Source: Alphaproteobacteria bacterium (GTDB lineage: Bacteria; Pseudomonadota; Alphaproteobacteria; MPNO01; UBA830). Taken from it: 64,000 nucleotides of DNA. The position numbers and the translations under genes are program-made. Below the pieces are notes generated by a model. That model made no database searches, was not told the DNA's origin, and saw only the letters and a list, made by a program, of their open reading frames with translations. Shown piece by piece: positions 31,774 through 41,973 of the stretch; the first letter of the stretch is position 1; the number at the start of each line of letters is the position of its first letter. The stretch is taken from positions 1,152,001 to 1,216,000 of the forward strand of contig OZ219791.1 in the NCBI GenBank assembly GCA_964291215.2, given 5' to 3'.

Positions 31774-32046
31774 ATGAACAAACGGGAAATCATCGATCGC
31801 GTCGCCGATAACGCAGGCATTACGAAGCAGGCAGCGGAAGCCGCGGTCGGGGCCGTGACCGCTTCGATTGCCGAGTCGCTCGCACGCGGCGAAGATGTCG
31901 CCATCCCGGGGTTCGGCAGGTTCATGCGGACCCAGCGGTCGGCGCGCGAGGGCCGCAACCCGCGTACCGGTGAGCGCATCGCCATCGGCCCGTCGGTCGG
32001 GGTGTCGTTCAAGGCCGGCAAGGCGCTGAAGGACGCATTGAACTGA
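31774..32046 (+). CDS. hup: HU DNA-binding protein
   Basis: MNKREII, GFGRF, REGRNPRTGE, FKAGKALKDALN. Confidence 0.95.
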   Translation: MNKREIIDRVADNAGITKQAAEAAVGAVTASIAESLARGEDVAIPGFGRFMRTQRSAREGRNPRTGERIAIGPSVGVSFKAGKALKDALN

Positions 32047-32478
32047 CCGCCATCGGCGTCGCGGCTGCGGCACGTCTGGCGACGGGTCGCAGCCGGGCCG
32101 CTCATGTGCCGCGGAGTGAGATCAGCGACGAAATATCGGAAACCGATCAGGGCCGCGAGATCCGGGTCGACGTTCGCCTCGAGCGGGAGATGGCGCAGGT
32201 ATTCGACGCCATCGTCGTGAGTGTGCTGATGCATTTGCGCAGGCATTTGCTTCCGGGCGCCGGAGGCGGATGCAACTGCTGGAAAATTCCTGGCGGTTCG
32301 GATAGAGGGCTGTCCACCTGCATCTTCTTCACTACCTCAAGGGCCATTGGCAAACTCTCAATCATCGCGGCTCGCCCAGCATCGGGTGCTCCTGCTCGCG
32401 GCTGTTTCATCATCGCCACAGGGCGTAGCCCCTCTTCCCTGACGCATAAACTCTTACGTCACCCTTGCACCGCGAGTT

Positions 32479-32671
32479 CACGGCGATCCCACGCTGCTAA
32501 TCCGGCGACGACTGGCGAGATTTTTTCAGTTTGCGTCGCGCTGCAATCATGCCGCCAAGGCTCGATGGGGCCTTCTCGGCACGAAAATTGCGATCAAGGG
32601 GGCGATCTGTGATGACGCGAGCCCCAACGCATTCGGATTTCGCGTCTCCGAATCGGCATGGGATCATCGTG
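32479..32671 (+). mobile_element. MITE copy 1 (193 bp)
   Basis: CACGGCGATCCCACGCTG...CGGCATGGGATCATCGTG imperfect TIRs; flanks CCGCGAGTT / CCGCGAGGC. Confidence 0.85.
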
Positions 32672-32768
32672 CCGCGAGGCTTTGACTCCTTTTTCCGCCC
32701 GGGGCACACTCGATGGTGGCCAATCACCCTCAGCCTCCTCGACCCGAAAATCACAGCCGGATACCGAC

Positions 32769-33614
32769 ATGGCGAGAAAACTGACTTCTTTCCGCCGCCC
32801 CCGGGGCGGCGCGCTCAGCAAGTCCTATGACACGATCATCGCCCAGAGGCGCAAGGGCGCCCTCGAGATCCAGTTCAACCGTTCGGAGCGGCTGAACACG
32901 ATCAACGAGGAGATGGCCGACGACATCATGCATGCCATGGACGCCGTCGAGCTTGACCGCAGGACCATTGCCGTTGTGCTCTCCGGCGACGAGCGTGCGT
33001 TCTGCGCCGGTGCCGATCTCGGCGGTTTCAAGGACCTTCCCGAGGACCGCTACGACAACTACCGGGCGCGCTACAACCAGCGCCGCAACCGGCTGCTCTA
33101 CCGCTTCATGATGAACTACACCAAGCCGGTCATCGCCGTCGTCGAGGGATACTGCCTCGGCGGCGGGTTCGAGCTCGCGATGCTCAGCGACTTCATCGTC
33201 GCCGGCGAGGACGCCAGCTTTGGCCTCCCGGAAGGGCGCCACGGCCTGATTCCGGGCGCCGGCGGCACCCAGAATCTGCCGCGACTCATCGGGGCGCCGC
33301 TGGCCAAGGAGCTGATCTGGACCGGGCGCCGCATCCGGGCCTTGGAGGCGAAGGAATACCGCATCGTCAATCACGTCGTGACGAAGGGGAAGGCGCTTGC
33401 CAAGGCGCGCGAGATCATCGCCGAGATGCACGGGGTGGGGCCGCTCGCGACAATGATGTCGAAGCAGGCGATCAATCGCGGCCGCGACCTGCCGCTTCAT
33501 CTCGGCTTCCAGCAGGAGTCGGATCTCGCCTACATGCTGTCATGGTCCGACGACCGGGCCGAGGGGCTCAAGGCGTTCTCCGAGCGCCGCAAGCCGGACT
33601 TCAAGGGACAATAG
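32769..33614 (+). CDS. Enoyl-CoA hydratase/isomerase
   Basis: AFCAGADL, GGGFELAM, FGLPE, PGAGGTQNLPR. Confidence 0.93.
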   Translation: MARKLTSFRRPRGGALSKSYDTIIAQRRKGALEIQFNRSERLNTINEEMADDIMHAMDAVELDRRTIAVVLSGDERAFCAGADLGGFKDLPEDRYDNYRARYNQRRNRLLYRFMMNYTKPVIAVVEGYCLGGGFELAMLSDFIVAGEDASFGLPEGRHGLIPGAGGTQNLPRLIGAPLAKELIWTGRRIRALEAKEYRIVNHVVTKGKALAKAREIIAEMHGVGPLATMMSKQAINRGRDLPLHLGFQQESDLAYMLSWSDDRAEGLKAFSERRKPDFKGQ

Positions 33615-33624
33615 GAGAAGCCGG

Positions 33625-34806
33625 ATGGCCGTAGAGTTTCTTGCCGACAAGGACATCTCCATCGTTGCCTTCGCCGAGACGAAGATAGAGCGCCGCAGCG
33701 GGCGTTCGGCCTACGAATTCGCCTCCGAGGTTGCCGAGCAGCTGTACCGCCAGACTGGGTTCGGGCCGTCGGACATTGACGGCGTGACCTTCAACGTGCC
33801 GATCAGCGAGGCCTCGAACCCCTTCTGGTCGAACTACGCCACCGAGTATCTCGGCATCTCGGCGCGCTGGCTCCAGACCAGCGATCTCGGCGGCGGCTCG
33901 GCCATCGGCAACGTCGCCCGCGCCGCTGCCGCCATCCGGACCGGTTTCTGCGATACGGTGATGCTCATCGGCGCCGACGCGCCGTCGACGCAGTGGCGCG
34001 TGAACTGGGGCAGCTACCGCAACGAGTTCTGGGAACCGGTCGGGATCCAGGGACCGCCGGGCGCCTTCGGCCTGCTGATGAACCGGTATGCCCACGAGCA
34101 CGATCTCGACCTTCGCGGCCTCGGTGCGCTCGCCGTTGCCCAGCGCAACGGCGCCGTGCTCAACTCCAACGCCTACAAGAACCTCCGCAAGAAGATCACC
34201 GTCGACGACTACCTGAATTCCCGCCAGGTCTCGTCGCCGCTGCGGCTTCTCGACTCGGTCATGTATTGCGATGGCGGCAACGGGCTGATCATGATGAAGA
34301 CGCGCCGCGCGCGCCGACTCGGTCTCGGCGACCGCGTCTACCCCGTCTCCTATTCCGAGATCTCGAACTTCGACTGCGCCAACCAGGCCCCGGACATCAC
34401 GCAGACCGGGCATTCGGTCGTCGGCCGCGAAGTCCTCGCCAGGGCGAAGCTGAAGGCCCGGGACATCGACATGTTCCACCCCTATGACGATTTCCTGTTT
34501 GCCGTGATGCTCAAATGCGAGCAGATCGGGTTCGCGAGGAAAGGCCGCGGCTCGCAGTTCCTCCGCGATACAGATCTCGGGCCGAAGGGCGAGTTCCCTA
34601 TCAACACCGGCGGCGGCCAGATTAGCTGCGGCCAGCCGGGGCTCGCGGGCGGCGGCGTTAACCTCGTCGAGGCGGTGCGCCAGCTCATGGGCAAGGCGGG
34701 CCGGCGCCAGGTTCCCGACGCGCGGAACGCCATGGTCACGGGAATCGGCGTGATTCCCTACGGCCGCAACTGGGGCGTTTCCAACGCCATGGTCCTGGCG
34801 AACTGA
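33625..34806 (+). CDS. Thiolase-like protein (SCP-x/Ltp2 type, no catalytic Cys)
   Basis: DLGGGSA in place of the Cys motif, YDDF, PINTGGGQ, EAVRQL. Confidence 0.88.
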   Translation: MAVEFLADKDISIVAFAETKIERRSGRSAYEFASEVAEQLYRQTGFGPSDIDGVTFNVPISEASNPFWSNYATEYLGISARWLQTSDLGGGSAIGNVARAAAAIRTGFCDTVMLIGADAPSTQWRVNWGSYRNEFWEPVGIQGPPGAFGLLMNRYAHEHDLDLRGLGALAVAQRNGAVLNSNAYKNLRKKITVDDYLNSRQVSSPLRLLDSVMYCDGGNGLIMMKTRRARRLGLGDRVYPVSYSEISNFDCANQAPDITQTGHSVVGREVLARAKLKARDIDMFHPYDDFLFAVMLKCEQIGFARKGRGSQFLRDTDLGPKGEFPINTGGGQISCGQPGLAGGGVNLVEAVRQLMGKAGRRQVPDARNAMVTGIGVIPYGRNWGVSNAMVLAN

Positions 34807-34842
34807 CGGCGCCGCCCGGCGGTCCGGCAGAGGAGAACGACA

Positions 34843-35271
34843 ATGGCAAAACCAACCGCAAAGCCGCGCCCGGTGCCCAAGCCGACGCCCGTAACGCAGC
34901 CCTTTTGGGACGGCGCCCGCGACGGCCGGCTTATGCTGCAGTACGACCCGGCGACGCGCAAGTACCAGTTCTGGCCGCGCGCCAACAGCGTGCATACCGG
35001 CAGGAGGAACCTGCGCTGGAAGGAAGCGTCGGGCCGCGGCACGCTCTATTCCTATACCGTCACCCATGTGCCGACCGCGGGTTTCGAGCACCGGACGCCC
35101 TACGTCATCGGGCTGGTCGAGCTTGACGAGGGGATTCGCATCATTGCCAATCTCAACGGGGTGGGCGAGGACGATGTCGAGATCGGCATGCGGGTCAGGG
35201 TCGCCTGGGAGGAGCTCGACGACGGTTCGCCGTATTACGCGTTCGTTCCCGATAACGGCGCGGATGGCTGA
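34843..35271 (+). CDS. DUF35/ChsH2-like OB-fold protein
   Basis: PFWDG, GRGTLYSYTV, PYVIGLVELDEG, IGMRV; zinc-ribbon cysteines absent. Confidence 0.9.
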   Translation: MAKPTAKPRPVPKPTPVTQPFWDGARDGRLMLQYDPATRKYQFWPRANSVHTGRRNLRWKEASGRGTLYSYTVTHVPTAGFEHRTPYVIGLVELDEGIRIIANLNGVGEDDVEIGMRVRVAWEELDDGSPYYAFVPDNGADG

Positions 35272-35292
35272 TCCGGCGCGAGGCCGCCGCCA

Positions 35293-36843
35293 ATGAAACT
35301 CGGAGCGATGCTGGCCGGGAGCGCGGCACGTTTCCCCGGCCGCGAGGCGCTCGTGTGCGACGGCAGGCGGTTCACCTTCCGCGATCTCGACGAGACCGCC
35401 AACCGGATAGCCAACGGCCTCGCGGCGCGTGGCCTGCGGCCCGGCGACCGCATCGCCATGTACATGCCGAACAGCGCCGAGCTCATCCTCGCGATACTTG
35501 GCGCCGCCAAGTGCGGCGGCGTGATCGTGCCCATCGCGACACGGCTTGCGCCGGCCGAGGTCGACTACATTCTCGAGGACTGTGCGCCCTCTGCGATCCT
35601 GTTCCCGCCCGAATACCGCGCCGCCGCCGCGGCGAGCAGCGGCGACCCGCTGCTCATCGTCGCTGGCGCGGCCCGCGACGGCGAGACTGCCTATGACGAC
35701 CTCGTCGCCGGAGGCGACCCGTCGCCGCCGCCGCCCGTGCCCACCGACATGGACGACCTCCTGATCGGCTACACGTCCGGCACCACGGGGCGGCCCAAGG
35801 GTGCGGTGACCACGCATCTCGGTTTCGTGCTGGTCGGTGCCTTCGTCAATGTCCGGGAGTTCGGATTCGGGTCCGGCGACCGCATCCTGACAACGACGCC
35901 GATGGCGCACCGCACCGGTGTCGGGCGCATCACCAACGCGATCGCCGCGGGCTGCGCGGTGGTCGTCATGCCGCGCTTCGATCCGGTGGCCTGCGTAGAC
36001 ATGATCGAACGTGAGAGGATCACCGTCATCGGGCTGGTTCCTACCATCGCCCGCATGCTGATTCCCGAGATCGAGAAACGGTCCGATGCCTGCCGCACGC
36101 TGAGAGTCATGGTCGCGACCGGCGAGGTGTTTCCGGTGGAACTGAAGGAACGTCTCGCCGCGGCGCTTCCCGGCCTCGGCCTTTACAGCTTCTATGCCCA
36201 GACCGAGGCCGGCTTCGTTGCCTGCCTGCGGCCCGACGAGCAGCAGACGCGCCCGACCTCCTGCGGGCGCGCGGTTCCCGGGGTCGAGATCAGGATCGTC
36301 GATGGCAGCCGCAACGACCTGCCCGCGGGCGAAACCGGCGAGATCCTGGTGCGGTGCGGTCCGCCCGGGACCATGACGATGCGCGAGTACTGGCGCAATC
36401 CCGACGCAACGGCAGCGGCCTTTCACGATGGCTGGCTTATCACCGGCGACTTGGGGCGGCTCGACGTAGAGGGCTATCTCTATTTCGACGACCGCGCCAA
36501 GGACATGATCGTGTCCGGTGGGCTCAACATCTATTCGCGCGAGGTCGAGGACGCGCTCGAACGCCATCCCGCCGTGAGAGAGGCCGCGGTTGTGCCGGCT
36601 CCCGATCCGGAGTTCGGCGAATGCGTGGTCGCGTTCGTCAGGTTCGAGGACCGCATGAGCGCGGCCGAGGATGCGCTGATCGCGCACTGCCGGTCCCTGA
36701 TTGCGAGCTACAAGAAGCCGAAGCACGTGCTCGCGGTCGACGGCTTTCCGCGCAACGGCACTGGCAAGATCGTCAAGGCGGAACTGCGCGCGCGCGCCGC
36801 CGCGGAACTGAAGGCTTCCGATGGAACTGCAGCTTTCGGATGA
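35293..36843 (+). CDS. AMP-forming acyl-CoA ligase
   Basis: YTSGTTGRPKG, YAQTE, TGDLG, DRAKDMI, GKI. Confidence 0.93.
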   Translation: MKLGAMLAGSAARFPGREALVCDGRRFTFRDLDETANRIANGLAARGLRPGDRIAMYMPNSAELILAILGAAKCGGVIVPIATRLAPAEVDYILEDCAPSAILFPPEYRAAAAASSGDPLLIVAGAARDGETAYDDLVAGGDPSPPPPVPTDMDDLLIGYTSGTTGRPKGAVTTHLGFVLVGAFVNVREFGFGSGDRILTTTPMAHRTGVGRITNAIAAGCAVVVMPRFDPVACVDMIERERITVIGLVPTIARMLIPEIEKRSDACRTLRVMVATGEVFPVELKERLAAALPGLGLYSFYAQTEAGFVACLRPDEQQTRPTSCGRAVPGVEIRIVDGSRNDLPAGETGEILVRCGPPGTMTMREYWRNPDATAAAFHDGWLITGDLGRLDVEGYLYFDDRAKDMIVSGGLNIYSREVEDALERHPAVREAAVVPAPDPEFGECVVAFVRFEDRMSAAEDALIAHCRSLIASYKKPKHVLAVDGFPRNGTGKIVKAELRARAAAELKASDGTAAFG

Positions 36844-37930
36844 GCAGCAGATGCTGCGCAAGAGCGCGGCGGCCTTTGCAGCCCGCCATGGCGGCGCCGG
36901 GAGGTTCCGCGCCGGCGATTGCGCGCTCCGCCGCGATGTCTGGTCGGAAGCCGCGGAGGCGTTCTTCTTCGGCGCGCTGGTGCCCGAGAGCTGCGGCGGC
37001 CTCGGGCTCGGCTTCGCCGAGCTCTGCCTCGTCGCCGGGGAATGCGGCCGGCATCTGGTGCCCGAGCCGGTCGCCATCGGCATCATCGTCGCCGACGCTG
37101 TCGCCCGCTGCGGCGTCCCGGAGGCGCCGGCCGGGCCGCTGATCGCCGGGAGCCGGGTGATCCTTCCCGCGCTCATCGAGACGCCGCGCGGCCTCGGCCA
37201 TGACCGGCCCCAGACCAAGGCGGTGCGGGATGGCGGCGGTATCCGCGTGAGCGGCGCCAAGATCGGAATCGCGGGCGACGCCGACGCCTACCTGGTCTCG
37301 GCATCGTCGCCCGACGGTCTGGTCCTGGCCTGCGTTCCGCGGGACGAGGCCCGGCTGGACGCGGGCACGGCGGCGGACAACACCGCCATGGGACGAATCC
37401 GCCTTTCGGGAGCGCCGGCGGAGGAGCTGGCAGCCGGCTCCGGCGCTCACGAGTTGCTCGATGCGCTTCTTGCGGCCGCGCATCTTGCGACCGCTGCCGA
37501 ACTCCTCGGGGTGATGGAACGGGCACACGAGATCACGCTCGACCATCTCAGGATTCGCCGCCAGTTCGGCCGGCCCATCGGGTCGTTCCAGGCGTTGCAG
37601 CACCGCGCTGTCGACAATCTTGCCGCGGTCGAGGCCGGCCGCTCGCTGGTCCATCAGGCGGCGCGGGCGATCGACGCCGGCGGTACCTCGCCCGGCCTGC
37701 CGTCGGCGGTACTGGCCCACGCGGCGGATGGCGCGCTCACGGTGTGCAAGTCGGCGATCCAGATGCATGGCGCCATCGGATTTACCGACGAGCACGAGAT
37801 CGGTTACCATCTCAAGCGCGCGATGACGCTGGCGGCGCGCTGGGGCAACGCCGCGGCGCATCGCCGGCATTACCTTGAGGCTTCGGAGTCCGGCGGCGAG
37901 GCGGCGCTGCCCGCCCAAAGTGCCGTCTGA
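36821..37930 (+). CDS. Acyl-CoA dehydrogenase family (short beta-type subunit)
   Basis: RRQFGRPIGSFQALQH, IQMHGAIGFTDEH. Confidence 0.9.
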   Translation: MELQLSDEQQMLRKSAAAFAARHGGAGRFRAGDCALRRDVWSEAAEAFFFGALVPESCGGLGLGFAELCLVAGECGRHLVPEPVAIGIIVADAVARCGVPEAPAGPLIAGSRVILPALIETPRGLGHDRPQTKAVRDGGGIRVSGAKIGIAGDADAYLVSASSPDGLVLACVPRDEARLDAGTAADNTAMGRIRLSGAPAEELAAGSGAHELLDALLAAAHLATAAELLGVMERAHEITLDHLRIRRQFGRPIGSFQALQHRAVDNLAAVEAGRSLVHQAARAIDAGGTSPGLPSAVLAHAADGALTVCKSAIQMHGAIGFTDEHEIGYHLKRAMTLAARWGNAAAHRRHYLEASESGGEAALPAQSAV

Positions 37931-37963
37931 GCCGCCTTCTCCAACCCGGGATTCAGCAGAACC

Positions 37964-39373
37964 ATGCCCGACCAGTCCCTGCGTACTTTCCTTGCCAATC
38001 TTGAGCAGCGCGGAGAGTTGATCCGCTTCTCCGGCGAGGTCGACCCCGCGGCCAACATGGCGGCGATCGAGTGGAAGGCCTTCAACGAGCTTGGCAAGGC
38101 CAGTCTGTTCACCTCGTTGAAGGGGCATGGCGGCTGGCGCGCCGTGAGCCAGATCCTTGCCGATCGCCGGAAGTGGTCCATCGGCCTCGGCATCGATGAG
38201 AAGGATCTCCTCGACGAGGTCGCGCACCGCATTGCCCGTGGCATTCCGACGGTCTACGTCCCGGCCGCCGCCGCCCCGGTCCAAGAGGTGGTGGCCGAGG
38301 GCGAGGCGGTGAATATCCACGAGATCCCGTCGATGATGACGTCGGAACGTGACGGCGGGCGCTATTTCGCCTCGGGGATGGCGGTCATCAGGGATCCGGA
38401 CACGGGAATCCGGAACGTTTCCGTGCACCGCCAGATGATCCTCAACGAACGCGAGACTGGCTTCATCATGGTCCCGCGGCAGGCCAGGCGCATCTACGAC
38501 AAGTACGTCGCCCGGGGGCTAAACATGCCGGTGGCGATGGTCTATGGCGGCCATCCGGCGCTCTTCTACGGGGCTGGTTTCACCACAGGTTTCGACCGCG
38601 ACGAACTCGAGGTTGCGGGCGCCCTGATTGGCGAGGGGGTGCGCATGGTGAAGTGCAGGACCGTCGATCTCGAGGTGCCGGCGGAAGCAGAACTCGTGCT
38701 CGAGGGCGAGGTGCTCCGCGATATCGAGGTGCCGGAGGGGCCGTTCGGCGAGATTCCGGGAACCTATGCGGAAGCCACCACGTCGCAGGTGCTGCGCGTC
38801 AACTGCATGACGCGGCGGCGCGACCCGATCTTCTATGCGGTGCATTGCGGGTATCCGACGACCGACACCCAGGGGACGATGGCACTCGGCGTCGAAGTCG
38901 CGACCAGGGACCATCTCCGCAATGTCGAGGGCGGGCTCGATCTCCTCGATGTCCGCTGTCACCCGGCTGCCGGCATGATGATGCTGGTCGTCAAGCTCCG
39001 GCCTCGCGTCGAGGGCCAGGCCAAGACGGCGCTGATGGCGGCGCTGTCAGGGCCGTACCTGCACCCGAAGATGGCGGTTGCGGTCGACGAGGACATCGAT
39101 GCCGGCGACCTCCGGCAGGTCATGTGGTCGATGACGACCCGAGTGCATGCGCAGCGCGACATGATCATGATTCCGAACACCAGGGTATTCGCGCTCGACA
39201 ATGTCTCACCGGTGGTGCCGGGACAGAACAGCTTTCACCGCCTCGGTACCAAGTGGATGGTCGACGCGACCATGCCGGCGGTAACCCAGGCCGAGGAGCG
39301 GGCGCGGTTCATGCGCGCGGTCCCGCGCAATTTCGAGAGTGTCGATCTCGACGAGTTCCTGCCGGACGCCTGA
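37964..39373 (+). CDS. UbiD-family prFMN-dependent (de)carboxylase
   Basis: LRTFL, GIRNVSVHR, VPAEAELVLEG, EGPFGE, VDEDID. Confidence 0.92.
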   Translation: MPDQSLRTFLANLEQRGELIRFSGEVDPAANMAAIEWKAFNELGKASLFTSLKGHGGWRAVSQILADRRKWSIGLGIDEKDLLDEVAHRIARGIPTVYVPAAAAPVQEVVAEGEAVNIHEIPSMMTSERDGGRYFASGMAVIRDPDTGIRNVSVHRQMILNERETGFIMVPRQARRIYDKYVARGLNMPVAMVYGGHPALFYGAGFTTGFDRDELEVAGALIGEGVRMVKCRTVDLEVPAEAELVLEGEVLRDIEVPEGPFGEIPGTYAEATTSQVLRVNCMTRRRDPIFYAVHCGYPTTDTQGTMALGVEVATRDHLRNVEGGLDLLDVRCHPAAGMMMLVVKLRPRVEGQAKTALMAALSGPYLHPKMAVAVDEDIDAGDLRQVMWSMTTRVHAQRDMIMIPNTRVFALDNVSPVVPGQNSFHRLGTKWMVDATMPAVTQAEERARFMRAVPRNFESVDLDEFLPDA

Positions 39374-39457
39374 TCCGCGCCGGCGCTACCGGTGGCGAAA
39401 CAGGGACGCCGCAGCCCGCGGTGCGTTCAAAGTCGGGACGCCGGCATGGCGGCGGTC

Positions 39458-39497
39458 CCGGAGCGACGGGGGGGGGGGGGGTGCCCGACGCTCCGGC
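39458..39497. terminator. Hairpin between convergent ubiD and dctP, with a G14 run in the loop
   Basis: CCGGAGCG...CGCTCCGG inverted repeat; no clear U-tract. Confidence 0.4.
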
Positions 39498-39504
39498 CGG
39501 CTGC

Positions 39505-40491
39505 CTACTGATACATCAGCGGCTTCAGCATCTTGTAGTCGACCGTGTACTTGTACGTGTCGTTGACCGCCCACTTGGCGCCGTAGATGGTCTTGAGATA
39601 AGCCTTCGCATACTCGCCTTCGAGCGCGAAGGTCTGAACGCCGGCCTTTTCGAGGCGGGCCTCGTCGGCCGCGAGATTCTTGGCCACGACCTCGTCGCTT
39701 CTCTTCTCGTAGGTCGCGCTGAGCTTGGTGAGAAAATCCCTTTCCGCCTGCGTGAGGCTTTCCCATTTCTTCTTGTTTATGATGGTCATGAAGGTCGCGC
39801 CGTAGAAGTTCGGCGTGATCTTGTACTTGAGGAACTTCTCCCAGCCGTACTTGGTGATCGAACCCTTTGGCCATGCCATGCCCAGCACGACGCCGCGTTC
39901 GAGGCCAGTATAGACGTCGCCCGGAGCCATGCTCACGGGAATTGCCTCCATGGCGGCAAGAAACGGCTTGTAAAGGCCCGTTGAGCGCATCTTGATGCCT
40001 TTCAGATCGATGCCGGTCGTCTTGCTCAGCTTGGGCTTGAAGGTGGTGTAGACGTAGAAGGTCGAGACGTTGAAGGCCGGCCAGGCGAGGATATGGGCGT
40101 TCAGGCCCTTGTCCCATGCCTCCCGGAGCATGTCGTAGGCACCGTTCGACCGCATCTCCTCCAGAGACTTGTTGTGGGCGCCCAGGAGGCGGGCTTCCGG
40201 CAGGTCGGCGCCGTAGTAGGGCGTCGGACAGAAGATCAGGTCGATGAGACCGCGCTTCAGCAGTCCGCCCTGCTTGCGGAAGGGGGTGATTTCCGGCCCG
40301 CCCATGTAGCGGAGCTTGAGGCCGATATTGTTGGCCTGGGCGGGTTTCAGGAATTCATCGAGGAAGACGATGACATGGTCATGGGTGCGAATCTGGCACG
40401 TCGAGACCTTTATCGTCGAAGCCTGAGAAGGTAGCGACAACGCGAGGGCGGCCGCGGTAATCGTCAGTACCGAAAGCGACTTCCGTATCAT
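39505..40491 (-). CDS. dctP: TRAP transporter substrate-binding protein
   Basis: Signal peptide, DLKGIKMR, DVYTGLERGVV, KKWESL. Confidence 0.88.
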   Translation of the reverse strand: MIRKSLSVLTITAAALALSLPSQASTIKVSTCQIRTHDHVIVFLDEFLKPAQANNIGLKLRYMGGPEITPFRKQGGLLKRGLIDLIFCPTPYYGADLPEARLLGAHNKSLEEMRSNGAYDMLREAWDKGLNAHILAWPAFNVSTFYVYTTFKPKLSKTTGIDLKGIKMRSTGLYKPFLAAMEAIPVSMAPGDVYTGLERGVVLGMAWPKGSITKYGWEKFLKYKITPNFYGATFMTIINKKKWESLTQAERDFLTKLSATYEKRSDEVVAKNLAADEARLEKAGVQTFALEGEYAKAYLKTIYGAKWAVNDTYKYTVDYKMLKPLMYQ

Positions 40492-40653
40492 GACTTTTCT
40501 CCATCTTGTTGTCCGTGTCCGGCCGTACTTCCCTGCAAGCAACCGAGCGATGTCGCACGCCGCCCGACGATGCCGGATGAACGGGGAAGGATAGTGGCCG
40601 GGGCATGTCCGCACAACAACCGGCGGGCGGGCGCGGACGGTGCCCCGGGAAGG

Positions 40654-41970
40654 CTACATCAGGCTGGGCAGCCAGAGCGCGAGGCCCGGAAAGAAAATCA
40701 GGATCACGATCAGGATCCCGTCGCAGATCAGGAACGGAAATGCCGCGCTCGCCACCTGGAACAGCGTCGTGTCTTTCGGTGCGACGCCGAGCATCACGTA
40801 GAGCAGGAGGCCGAAGGGCGGCGTCGTTCCGGCCATCTCGAAGGTCATGAGCACGAAGAGCCCGAACCAGACCAGGTCGAAGCCGAGTTGCTGCGCCAGC
40901 GGGAAGAAGATCGGCACTGTGATCAGCATCATCGATGTCGGGTCCATGAACATGCCGAGCGCGACGAGGATCACGAACATCACGAGGAGGATCCAGTACT
41001 TGGAAATGTCGAACTCGGTGGCCCATTCGAGAAGGCCGGCACTGGCCCCGGAGAACGCGAGGAGCTGGCTGAAGACGGTCGAGCTCATGATGATGAAGAA
41101 CACCATGGCGCCGACCTTGACGGTCGCCTCGACGGCGCTGCGCAGTGCGGCGAAGGTCAGGGCCCGGAAAGCTGCGGCAAGGATGATCACGCCCAGTACA
41201 CCGAACGCGGCGGCTTCGGTGGGGGTGGACCAGCCGAGCATGATGAAGCCGATCACCATGAACACGACAAGGCTCATGGGGAGGATGTTGGTGCAGACGA
41301 GCCTGATCCGCGCCCCTATCGGCGGCATTTCGACGGCGTAGGCGGGGGCCGAGTCGGGCTTCAATCTGATCTGCAGGAATATCAGGGCCGCATATAGGGC
41401 AGCGAGCACGAAGCCAGGCAGGAATCCGGCGACCAGGAGGCGGCCGACATCGATGTTGGCGACCGAGGCCAGCAGGACGCCGAGGGCGGATGGCGGGATG
41501 ATCATGGCGAGTCCGCCGGTGCCGAGAATCGGGCCCATCGACATGCGCCGGCTGTAGCCGCGCCGCTGCATCTCGGGCACCATCAGGGCGCCCAGCATCG
41601 CGGTGTTGGCCATGCTGGAGCCGGTCAGCGTCGAGAACATGGCGCCACCCGCCACCGTCAGGTAGCAGAGGCGGCCGGGCAGGCGGCCGAACAGGACGTC
41701 AAGCCCGTCGAAGACGCGGATCGCGAGCCCGGTGTGGAAGAACAGGGCGCCCATCATGATGAACATGGGCACCGGTCCCAGCGTGAAGCGGGTGATGAGC
41801 GAGGTCGAGTTGTCGACGATCTGCGTCCATCCCGCCATGTCCCCCATGAAGATCAGGACGCCGACAATGTTCGTCGTGATGAAGGTAAGGGCGACCGGGA
41901 CCCCCATCGCCATGAGGAACATCACCATTCCGATAAGCGTCAGGAGAGCCCAGTACCACTCCATTTCCAT
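40654..41970 (-). CDS. dctM: TRAP transporter large permease
   Basis: GGLAMIIPPS, TPTEAAAFG, TPPFG. Confidence 0.93.
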   Translation of the reverse strand: MEMEWYWALLTLIGMVMFLMAMGVPVALTFITTNIVGVLIFMGDMAGWTQIVDNSTSLITRFTLGPVPMFIMMGALFFHTGLAIRVFDGLDVLFGRLPGRLCYLTVAGGAMFSTLTGSSMANTAMLGALMVPEMQRRGYSRRMSMGPILGTGGLAMIIPPSALGVLLASVANIDVGRLLVAGFLPGFVLAALYAALIFLQIRLKPDSAPAYAVEMPPIGARIRLVCTNILPMSLVVFMVIGFIMLGWSTPTEAAAFGVLGVIILAAAFRALTFAALRSAVEATVKVGAMVFFIIMSSTVFSQLLAFSGASAGLLEWATEFDISKYWILLVMFVILVALGMFMDPTSMMLITVPIFFPLAQQLGFDLVWFGLFVLMTFEMAGTTPPFGLLLYVMLGVAPKDTTLFQVASAAFPFLICDGILIVILIFFPGLALWLPSLM

Positions 41971-41973
41971 GGG

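Noticed and set aside
33601-37260. Long antisense ORFs (1219 aa here; also 4443-7340, 11015-13657, 56452-58800)
   Set aside because: Shadow frames of high-GC genes with no recognisable motifs.
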